Shown: piece after piece, positions 24,071-34,707 of the stretch
How the letters are laid out: the number at the start of each line of letters is the position of its first letter
How positions within the stretch are numbered: position 1 is the first letter of the stretch
Assembly: GCF_009834535.1 (NCBI RefSeq)
Contig: NC_045696.1
Coordinates: 94,800,001 to 94,864,000 of the forward strand
DNA from: Camelus ferus
Lineage: Eukaryota
DNA: 64,000 nucleotides
Reading direction: 5' to 3'
Notes under the pieces: generated by a model
Databases searched by the model: none
Told to the model about the DNA's origin: nothing
The model's input: the letters and a program-made list of their open reading frames with translations, nothing else
Position numbers and translations under genes: made by a program

Positions 24071-27000
24071 GATTTAAAAAAAGAGAAAAAAATAAATGGG
24101 CTGAAAATAAATTATCTGAAAGTGGGATTAATATATCATTACATTGAGATAAGAGAAAGTTTATCTTCCAAGTTCTTCTGTATATGAAAAAGTGTGTTTT
24201 GGAAGCTGGATCTTGATGGTACATCTTGGTGCCACATTATCACATTTTTGCTGTGTAATATTATAGAGTATGAATATAGCTTTGTACTAAGTCTTGATTT
24301 ATGATGGTTTTAGTCTGTAGCTTCATACCTCTTCAAGATTGCCTTGGCTAGTTTTAAATGTTTTTGCATCTTCATTTAAGTTTTAGTATTACTGGTTGCC
24401 AAAAGCTAATTCCTAGGAAGAGCTAGCCATAAGGGAAAGGGTGAGAAGCTGGTGAAAATAATGACTTGGATTCCATCAGGCAAAGACCTGAGATACAGTG
24501 CACTCAACTTATTTCTCTGATCTCTAGCACAACTTAAATGTTCTCACTGGCTTGCGTCAGCAAATTCATTGCAGCAGGATTTATTTTGCATGGTGAATGT
24601 TTTTCAAGTTTTTGTAGTATTGTTATAATGTATAGAAATATTCAGATAGAGTTTCCATACTAAAGGAAACCTTTATTCCATACAATTAATACACATATCA
24701 TAGATGCTTCTATCTCTGAATTTGTATTTTCTGAGTTACTGTATTGGGAATATAATAAGGTGGTGTTTAGTAATACATTTTGTATTAATTCTGGGACTGT
24801 AGCTTTGGTGGAAACTGTGAACAGAAGCCTACAGAACCCAGAACAATAATGAATGTAGTTAGCCATTTCATGCTCCAGTGCCTACAGCTAAACATGTACT
24901 AAGGAAAGTAAATGATAGTGCAGACTTCCTCTCCACAGTGTCATTTCCAGTTGGGGAATGTAATTACGTTTAATTGAGTTGAGGCACATTATTACACTGA
25001 TGCATGCCTCCCTTGATTGTAAATAAGAAATCTGTGGTATTTTTATAACAGTGGAAAAATGTTTTCAGACTGGATGGAATAAAAATGAGTATGGCAGCCA
25101 ATGTATGTTTCGTCCTGATTATAGACAATTAGCAAGGCTCTTTGGTGTTATTAGAAGGCAATTCTGACAAAGCTGAGGTCAGATAAGTAAAAAATGTATG
25201 CAATATACACAGAAATCTGTGTAAACAAATGACATGAGGGAAAATGTGGAACAGTGAAAGAAAAGTGGTCAGAGATACTGAAGACCTGAATCTTAGCTCC
25301 AAAATCATGATGCAGTTGTGGAGAAGGTACTCTCCACATCCACTCTTCACATCCATCAATGAAATGAAGCTGGTGGAAGTGCATCTTAAGGATCTCATCT
25401 GACAAAGCTCTGGCTATGTGCACAATTCATACTTTAAGGAGAATGTGACCTGGGAGATATATTAATGTTATTGCCAATCATTTAAATTACTCAGAAATTG
25501 TCATTATTTGAGGAAAAACATAGATATCATATGATTATCATGCTTTTGTTACAATGACACCCAACTTCTCCATTTTTTGACGTTGTTTTTCACCTCATCA
25601 TATTCTTCTCTATTCATGATTAGATCAGTTGCATTTTCATTTTAAATACACATTAATATACAAAGTTCATGCCCTACATAAACTAACCAATTGTGATTTT
25701 TTCACATGAAGGATGTGTTACTAAACTAGAGTTTCAGATTGTCAGCATTCTATCAGGTTCCAGGGTTATTGGGCTCGGCACGCTCAATTTATCAACTTTG
25801 ATAACCACAGAGCATAAAGAGAGGTATTAACAGATTAATCTGATTACTTCGTTTTGCTCAGTGCTGTGATGTACACAAGTTTAACAACGCTCTTCCCACC
25901 TCCCATTCGCAACTAATAATTCTACAGCTCTGCGTTGACTGTTGGTTCCAATTCTAATTTTGGAAGTGACTCGCTTTAAAGCCACATTGGGAAGAATTCT
26001 GAGGCCTCCTCTGGGCTTAAAAGGAAAGTGCAATGTAACCAATAAACGATAACCGCTTTAGGGATGGAGGAAGCTGTGGCTGCACATGCGCCACAGGCTG
26101 GCCATCCCTGCTGCCATTGCTGCTTCATAAATCACAGTGAATGTAATGATTTAATTACATAAACCAGTGGAAAAGAAATCATTATCATTTGTGGGATATT
26201 TTACCTATCATATAAATTATAAGAACAGTCTTTGGCCCCTCTCCTTCCCATTCTGCCATCAGGCTGGAGTGGGACAAAAGTTTATAATGATGGTAACACT
26301 GTATTTACCACTCTCATAGGGGAGAACCCTCCTTGACTTAATTTAGTAGTGTGACTTTGTAGTAAAGTGTCTTAGCCTGATATGGTTCAAATATTCCATT
26401 TTCTTCTCAACAGGACTAATGTCCCCCAAATCCCATTCTTTTCTATATACAAAAAAACCCCCACAAAACTTTAAATAACATTTAGCATTTCTTTCAGGTC
26501 TCTCTAAGCACCAGTTATTCCCTGAGTGCAGTAAATGATGCTTCAGAAGCAAAGTTGCCAAAATACACAGGTGCTAAAGAGTTAAGATTCTCTCTGCTAA
26601 AGTAAAAAGATCCAATTTCATTAGACTTGGTAAATACATATATGCTCTGAGACACAAACAAAATTCACATTTTCAAACCACTCATCCCCTAATTCAGAGA
26701 TTGCCTTTGTTTTCCAACATCTAAAGTTGAATGTATCAAGAGGCTATTTTCCCTCAGGAATGAAGAAGTTTGGGAACAATATTAAGAAAACATACCAACA
26801 TGCAAGCAAATCATAATGATAATAAAAAGCAAAATATAAGGAGATGCAACAACATGTTGCATCTAATGGTTTACTCTGGGCTAGTGTGGCTTATACCAAA
26901 GACTCATCATATCCTCAGGGTATTTATGGTATTATTGAGTAGACAAAATATATTCCCTGAATTGTGGGAAAATAATTAAATGAAGGGAAATATCATATTT

Positions 27001-27304
27001 GATATTTGATATAAATCCATAATTAATATTTTACACAGAAATAGACATTGCTACGAAGACTTGCAAATAACTTGTAAGTAATGATGTGTTAAAAATCTCA
27101 TGGAGTTTCAAGTATCTACTAATGGAGACTTTTCCACATGTGTAGTACATGTTTTGGAAATAAAACCTATATTCAAAGTATGACTCCACTAACTCACAGT
27201 ACTTTGAACTTGATTAAGCTACTTGCCTATTACTTCATTTATAAAATGGCCATAATAATAGAACTAGAAATCCTAGAGCTTTACACATATTAAATAATTT
27301 AATA

Positions 27305-28260
27305 AAACAAACATTTATTGAATGTCTGCTATATGCAAGACACTTTTTTGAGAGCTACATGAAACAACAGCAGTAAGGCAAAATCCTGCCCACATGGAGA
27401 GAATATTCCAGTGGGAACTTCATTAACTTATCCATTCATTTAACAAGCATTCATTAAATGTATGTCATGATTCGAGAACTCTGTCTCTGCTTTAGTAGTG
27501 TTTACTTGGGAGGCACACAACCCACAAGGAAACACAAGTGCTGACGTGTAAGTGCTAAGAAGGAAAGAACAGGATCTCTGGGAGAAAAACAAGGCAGTGG
27601 CTACTGTCCTTCGAGTGATAAGGAATGGCTTTTCTAATAAGGTAACATTTAGACTAACTCGTAAAAGTATCACAGGGATCCAGACTTGAAAAGGAGGAAG
27701 GAGAGGATTTGCAGGCAGGAGGAAGAACATGTTAAAAAGATCCTAAATTGAGAACGAGCTTAGTGCATTTCAGGACCTGAGAGAAGGCCAGCGTGCCTGC
27801 ATGAGTGACTGAGTGAGTGAAAACTATTTGGAGAGTTAGGCAGAGGCTGGATCTGATGCATCCTTTCTATGCCATGTTTGGAGTTTGGCTTCTATTCTAA
27901 GTGCCATTGAAGCCGTTTAAAGGTTTCAAGCAAGGGAGTGATGTGATCTGATTTACCTCTTAAATTTACTTTCTGGCTGCTGAATGGAGCATGGATTGAG
28001 GGGGCTCATATTTGGCACTACAGAGAATAAAGGTCTACTGCAGAAGTCCAGGTGGAGAGTCATATCTATATTTGGGTGGTGGTGGTAGATTCTGAAAGAA
28101 AAGGACAGGTTTGAAATATGTTTTGGAAGCAGCATTAAGTGGTGAGTAGCACATGAGACTTGATAGATGATGTAGAGTCAGGTCTAAAGAGTGGTACCCA
28201 GATTTCTGGCTTGAACAAGAGGGTGAATGGTTCCACTTGAAGTGCACACAAAGTAAAATG
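27305..28260 (-). mobile_element. L2 fragments (two tails)
   Basis: aacaaacatttattgaatgtctgctatatgcaagacac and cattcatttaacaagcattc, followed by an L2 body (aaggtttcaagcaagggagtgatgtgatctgattt). Confidence 0.85.
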
Positions 28261-28397
28261 CTTGTTGCCACAACATCTGATATATGTTGTAAGTTCAATA
28301 CATGTCAGCTCTAAAAAGGTAACTGATAACATGTACCTTAAGGAACCAATCCTTCTTACTCACTTTGCTTTAGGTGCGTGTAGCACAGTAGCTTAGA

Positions 28398-28562
28398 AAC
28401 TTGCTATTCAAAATGAGGTCAAAAAACAGCAGCATCAGCATCACCTGGAAATGTGTGACAACCTCAGAGTCTCAGGTCCTTTCCCAGATGTAATGGACTA
28501 GAGTCTGTACTTTTAAAAGGTGCTCAGTTGATTCTTTTAACACTCAATTTTGAGAAGTACTG
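28398..28562. mobile_element. MER5-family hAT MITE
   Basis: cagcagcatcagcatcacctggaaatgtgt...tctcaggtcc...ttttgagaagtactg. Confidence 0.85.
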
Positions 28563-28565
28563 GTC

Positions 28566-28769
28566 AAGTGTAGGCAACAGGAAACTATGGTCTGCAGGCC
28601 AAACCTGACCCACTGTCTGTGTTTGTAAGCACCGTTACTGGCACGTAGCCATTCATGGCTACTTTTGTGCTGCAGTGGCAGATGTGAGTGGTCATGACAG
28701 AGGCTCTATGACCTGCAAAAACTGCAATATTACTATCTGGCTTTTTCTGGAAAAAGTTTTCCAAGCCTG
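28566..28769. mobile_element. MER58A-like hAT MITE
   Basis: aaactatggtctgcaggccaaacctgacccactgtctgtgtttgtaa...atattactatctggctttttctggaaaaagttt. Confidence 0.85.
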
Positions 28770-29237
28770 GTCTAGTGCATAGATTCTGATGCAATGTGGA
28801 TTTTAATACCAGCTCTTTTGTTTACCAGATGTATGTTATTCAACAATTTATGTAAATAATCTGTGCCTTCGTTTCATTTCTAAAATGAGGCTAATCACAC
28901 TCACCTTGTAAGATGGCTCTTGTAAAGGACAGATAATACAACTCTGGTAGATTGTCTGGCATGTGTAAAATACTCAGTAAATACTAGCTCTTGTTATTTT
29001 CACTCGATATACAATTTAGCTTATTCATCAGAATATGTAATATTTAATGGTGAAAGAGGCCTTAATGAAACATTAAGTTGAAAAGCCAGCCAGTGGTTTA
29101 TCATAAAGACAATGCTTCTGAGAGATTTGATGTGATTTTTAATGTAGCTCTTGGGTGGGAGCAGAATGTGGAGCAGCAATGATGAAGCTCCAAATTTTCA
29201 AGTCCTCTTGATCTCTGGACAAGATAGTTTTCTAGAT

Positions 29238-29443
29238 CAAGTGTCAGCAGACTATAGCCTATGAGCTAATGCAGCTTGTTGCCTGTTTTTTGTGGCTGTC
29301 AAGCTGAAAATGGTCTTTACATTTTTAAATGGTTGTGGAACAAAACAAAATAACAAAGACTAGATGAGAGTGACCAGTTATGGCCCACAAAGCCTAAAAT
29401 ATTTACTATCTGGCCCTTTACAGAAGACATTTGCCAACTCCTG
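29238..29443. mobile_element. MER58C-like hAT MITE
   Basis: aagctgaaaatggtctttacatttttaaatggttg...tggcccacaaagcctaaaatatttactatctggccctttacagaagacatttgccaactcctg. Confidence 0.88.
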
Positions 29444-30609
29444 TCCTAAAGTTTATGTTTTATATTTTAAATTTACTGGATTAAAGAACTAAGCACAGAA
29501 TTAAAAACCCAAGTTTTTTCTGTGAGTCTGTCTTTTTTTGGGAGTTACTCCATTTATGAAATTTGATTTGCTTTCCTTTGTCTACATATGACATAGTCTG
29601 AAAGTCAGTCTCCTTTTTAAGATTCATTGTCTTTTTCGTGGTAGCATTCCGCTTGCCAAATACCTGTGTCTCTGTTTCAGACAGTACCACTTCTTTTAAT
29701 CACTGCTGTAGAGAGCTAATCCACAGCTAGTAAGTCACTTTTCTATTATGAAAATTTTTTGCCTAGGGAAGGCCAGCAGGTTTTAAAATGGCACTCCTAG
29801 TTTTCATTACTTAACTGGTCCTATCTTGGAATTTACCAAAATCTAGAAAGGATTCCTAAAGCAAATTTTCAGGAGACTCTAGAGAAGGCAGGCAGGCAAA
29901 ATTGAAGGAAGGAAGGAGAAAGCGGTTGCCACTTTAAGACTGCTTCCTTACTGCTTCAGCTGGGTCTCCCCCAAAGCCATCTACTTTCACACCGACCTCT
30001 TTTTCAGTCTCTCAGAGTTTCAGGTTCAATTCAGATAAGGCTCACACAAAGACAGTCTGCTTTAGTCTCAGACGACTAGGTAAAAGCTGTTTTGACAATA
30101 AATGAATCCTCGGTCTTTTCCAGGATACCCACAGGCCTTTAACTGTAGGTCTGCGGTGGCTCACTCGCACACCAGGTAGTGTCTTTCTTCTTACAGTGTG
30201 TGGTTCGTAGCTCATTTGAGGCCACGCTCTTATCAGTAAAGTTAGGCATATGCTAATTTCCTGAATTAGTTTTCTTGAACAAGTATCTGCAAATTTGGAA
30301 AGAATACCTCATAAAGAATCTTATGTTTTCTAAGATTAACTTTTGATAAATACCGTGTAAACTATCTAGAATTCTTGAACAGTATCCCAAATATCTCAAT
30401 AATTGACAGCATTTGGCAAATAGGTCTAAGGTTTCCAAATGGTATTCTAATCAAATGTATAGGAAGCTTATTTAGAAAAATTCTCCTCTGTTTTTTTTTA
30501 CAAATTGCCTAATGTAACACATAAAATAATACACATACCATTTTGGCCCAAAGTATGATAGTAGTAAAATACAGGGGAGGGAGACTTTGGCTTATGAGCA
30601 AGAACTAGA

Positions 30610-31108
30610 ATTGCATTGTCTAACACAGTGGCCACTAGCCATCTGTGGTTATGGAGCACTTGAATGTAGCTAGTTAAACCGAGGAACTAAATTTTTAACA
30701 TTAATGAAATGTAATTAATTTAGATTTTAGTTTAAATGGGGACTCAAGTATTGAAAGAAATTTAAGTAGGTTTGCAACAACTCAGGTATAAGAACCTATT
30801 TTTCAGCTGTGAATTTTATGAAATTGAAACACAGATGACATATTTTTGAAAATATTAACTGTTCAAATTGAAATGGGCTAGGAGTTAAAAATATACAATA
30901 GAATTAAAAAGCCTAGTGCAAAAGAAAAGAATGTAAAATACCTTATTAAAACTTTATGTTGATTTTCATTTTGAAAGCATTATTTTGGGTATGTTGAGTT
31001 AAATAAGATATTTTTAAAATTTCACTTTTTCTTTACTTTTTTAAATGTGGTTACTAAAAAGTTTAAAATGCCTTTATGTAGGCTTGTGTATTTCTACTAG
31101 ACAGCACT
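30610..31108. mobile_element. Charlie1/MER33-family hAT element (Charlie1b-like)
   Basis: gtctaacacagtggccactagccatctgtggttatggagcacttgaatgtagctagt...ttttaaatgtggttactaaaaagtttaaaat...tttctactagacagcact. Confidence 0.85.
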
Positions 31109-31376
31109 TACCTATAGTAATTCAAAATGGAAGAGTGGCTTTCAGAGGTAGTATTTAAGTTATTTGCTCGGAACCTGAGCCAGCTGAATTCTCAAGTCTG
31201 TCTCAAACCTACCTCAGTCATTCAGCTAATCATTCATTCATTCATTCATTCATTCTTTTAGCATGCATTTATCAGTCATCTGTTGTGTGTCACGCACTTG
31301 GCTAAGTATTGGCTCCTGACATCAAGATGGAAGTGAAAACTAATTTAATATAAATAATAAGTATTATAATTGGTGT

Positions 31377-31688
31377 AAGGCATAGCTCATTTTATTGGGC
31401 TTTTTTTTAATTGTGCTTTGCAAATATTGTGTTTTTTACAAAGTGAATGTTTGTGGCAAGCCAGCATTGTCAGATGAATTTTTTTAGTGATGAAGAATTT
31501 TTTTATGTATGTACATTGTTTTTTTTAAGACATAGTGGTATTGCCCTCTTACTAGACTACAGTCTAGTATAAACATAACTTGTACATGTCTTGGGAGACA
31601 GAAGAATTTATGTGACTAGCTTTATTGCGATATTTGCTTTGCTGTAGTGGTCTGGAGCTGAACCTGCAGTATCTCTGAGGTCTGCCTA
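31377..31688 (+). mobile_element. Tigger1-derived MITE (internal-deletion derivative)
   Basis: Both Tigger1 ends are present: aggcatagctcattttattg... and ...gctttattgcgatatttgcttt...gtggtctggagctgaacctgcagtatctctgaggtctgcct. Confidence 0.88.
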
Positions 31689-31723
31689 CATATAAACCAT
31701 AGTGTTAAGAATGTCAGAGAAGG

Positions 31724-31956
31724 GAGGGATAAATTAGGTGTTTGGGATTAACAGATACACACTACTATATATAAAACAGATAACCAACAAGGACCTACTG
31801 TATAGCATTCAGTTTCTTGTAATAAGCTATAATGGAAAAGAATCTGAAAATATATGTATAGATGTATGTATGTATATGTATAACTGAATTGCTTTGATGT
31901 ATACCTGCAACTAAGATTGTAAATCAGCTATACTTCAATAAAAATACAGTTAAAGA
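31724..31956 (+). mobile_element. 5'-truncated L1 3'UTR with ~17-bp TSD
   Basis: gggataaattaggtgtttgggattaacagatacacactactatatataaaacagataaccaacaaggacctactgtatagca...ctatacttcaataaaaa. TSD aagaa(t/c)gt(c/t)agagaagg at 31707-31723 and 31957-31973. Confidence 0.92.
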
Positions 31957-32829
31957 AAGAACGTTAGAGAAGGAGCACCAGAGTCTCCTTGAGGAATTGT
32001 CACTTGAGCTCATACTTGTTGGGTAAGTAGGAGTTTTACAGATGTAAAGGAAGGAGGAGGGAATGCTTGAAAGAAAGAAAAGCAAATGTGAGTATGGTAG
32101 GCGAGAAATACCGTTGGAACCTTTGTGGAACTGAATGCCCAGTGTTGCTGTTACATAGACAGAAGGGCAGATGAAGCTGGATAAGGAGAAAAGAATTGAA
32201 TCCCAAAGGGTCTTACACACCATTTAAAGGACTTCAGATTTTACTTTGTAGGCAACAGAGTCATTGACAAACCTGAAAATGATTTTTATATATAAATTCA
32301 GTTATAAAAATTGTGTTTCAGAAAGATCATTATATTAATTCTGAGGAGAATAAAGAAGTGCTTTTGACTAAAGGTAGAGAGTTTGGGAAGTGATCGCAGC
32401 GGTCCTGGCAGGAAATAAGCTAAGCAAGGGTGGATAGCTGCTGAGGGACTGAGGGGATGCTAGATAGTTCAGGGTTCCCGCTTGGGGAGGCGGGCACATG
32501 CCAGAGCCCTTTTCCAGGGAACATGAGGGAGAAAGAGATTTGGAGGAATAATAGTTCAGTTTGGGCAACTATGATTGAATTACCTGTGGGATGTCCGGGT
32601 AGAAAAGTCTGCTAAATCATTCTTTGTTATCAAATAAACCAAATAAAAATGTAGAGGAAAACATGAATAACTTTACAACTTTAACCATCAGAAGAAAAAA
32701 ATACAATATGATTTTAGCCCAAAATGAATGATCTTAAAAGTATACTGTGTACTTTGTCTTGCTTTGTAATCAGGGAAATTTAAGTGAAGATTTAATCTAA
32801 TTAATGTTCTGTGAAAGAAACTGCAGAGA

Positions 32830-33160
32830 AAGCTAGTCACATAATAATAAATGATTCGCAGCACCCTAAATGAGCAATATTAGGGCAATGGTCAAGTAAA
32901 CAGCAGCATGTAACTTCTTTGGAACATTACGTAGGCATAGAAATTAGATTTTGGAGACTAATCAGTAAAATATTCATGATATGATGACAAGTAAAAAAGC
33001 AGGATACAAAAACTGTGTAAATAGAACAATCCTAATTTTGCCAAAAATATATGTACCTAATTATAGAGACGTATGGGTGAAAACTCTCTCTAGGGAGTAG
33101 GATTATAGGTAATTTTGATTATCCCCTTGCTTTGCTTTTAGTAAATGTTTTACACTGAAA
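32830..33160 (+). mobile_element. Old L1ME-like 3' end
   Basis: aagtaaaaaagcaggatacaaaaactgtgta...tctctaggggagtaggattataggtaatttt. Confidence 0.65.
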
Positions 33161-33414
33161 ATTCATCAAAGACACCAGAGAATGAATCGTTCATACAGAA
33201 GAAGTACTCAGTTTCACTGAATTAAAAAAATTATATTATGGAGTTACAGGTAAAAAGAAAACTGAAATCCATTCAACAAACTCATTTTAGATGTGAATAT
33301 GGCATACTCTCACTTCCTGTCACTATTATCTAGGAAGTAGAAAAGCTCACTTATTTATCCAAATTAATATATATGCTATTTGCAAATTATAGGCTTGCTA
33401 CCAAAAATCAATGA

Positions 33415-33516
33415 AACCTTTTAATTTACCATTCAAACTAGCACAATTTTAAGAATGAAAGGGTCACTAATAATTATTCTGGGGCAACAGGTACAAATCT
33501 GGACATATAGTCACAC
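33415..33516. mobile_element. hAT-Blackjack MITE (MER94-like)
   Basis: taatttaccattcaaactagcacaattttaagaatgaaagggtcactaataatta...ctggacatatagtcac, matching a recalled consensus. Confidence 0.55.
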
Positions 33517-34707
33517 ATTCACTTAGATTAAAATTTAAGGCCTCATATTGTGAGTCAAGTGTTGACCTTTAGTATTATTTCATTCCTTTTTTTTTAAGGA
33601 TAAACATTTAAGGGATAATGTATGACTGAGCTAAATCACACAGTGGCATGTATAACCATCTCTTTTTGCCAATAATTTGCTTGCTCATTAGACTGCAAAA
33701 TTCAGATTTGAATGTAATTAATTCATTCTTGATGGGCTGATACAATGGAGGGAGAAAGTAAAAGGGTAAAACTCCATCTCAAAAATGATTTATGTAAATC
33801 AACTATAATTCAGTAAAGAAGATATTAAATCAATAAAAAATGATTTGTATTATTTAAGCTTTTCTGGAGTTTATAAAGTTCCATTTGAAACTGACAGGCA
33901 GCATGTAGTAAATTATACTCTGACTTTCTAACATATTTTATCTTCTGGTTGATCTCCTAAACACCAAGTGGAAAATTTTTTAAAGAAAATCATTCACAAA
34001 TGTTAATATCTGATGCCCTCCAGTTGTGTTACAGATGACATAAAGTTTCACAAGAATTAATATGACTAAATAGAAATTCATAAAGTCATTTAAATAGTTA
34101 AGGTTTGTACCAACTTCCATAATTATTGAAAAAAAAGGTCTGGATGGGGAAAGCATCTTCAAAAACAAATGTGTATAGTAAATGCTAGAGAATGCATAAA
34201 AAGATCATGTCTCCTCTTTGTTAATTAACACTGTTATAAAGAGATGACAAAAGAAAGAAAACCCCAGCAATCTATAAAATCATACACTTAAATTTATGCA
34301 CAATACTTTTGAGTTTTGAATAGAACCAAAATCATAGGCTTATTAACGGCTTTCATAGTTATATGCAACTAATAATATATTAAATGCATTTTATGATTTG
34401 CCTTTACAAAAGTATCTTGAAAATTATGGCAAATAAGCTTATTAAATTTACTTTTAATTTTAGGATAAAGTTTTGGTGGTACTGGGACTAATATGGATGG
34501 AAACTATTGTTTATTTATCTTCTGTGCTATACCACTAAGGGAGGCAGAAACTCAAAAACCTTATTTTTGTTAAACGTCACAGAAGTAGGAGGGTCAGCTT
34601 TACATATGAGAAACCTGAAAATTAAAGTATTTAGTATTATTACTAAGCATTAAAACTAAATATTTCAAACCTAAGTTATACATGAACTTAAAAAAAAAGC
34701 ATTAGAT

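Larger units (their letters stand above)
28378..28998 (+). mobile_element. MIR split by MER5 and MER58 insertions
   Basis: MIR head gtgtagcacagtagcttaga. It resumes at ~28775 (gcatagattctg...ttaataccagctct...ctaaaatgaggctaat...tactcagtaaatactagct). Confidence 0.65.
31225..32610 (-). mobile_element. L2 fragment hosting Tigger1-derived and L1 insertions
   Basis: (TTCA)n tail at 31232-31253. The body resumes at ~31975 (ctccttgaggaattgtcacttgagct...gttcagtttgggcaac). Confidence 0.8.
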
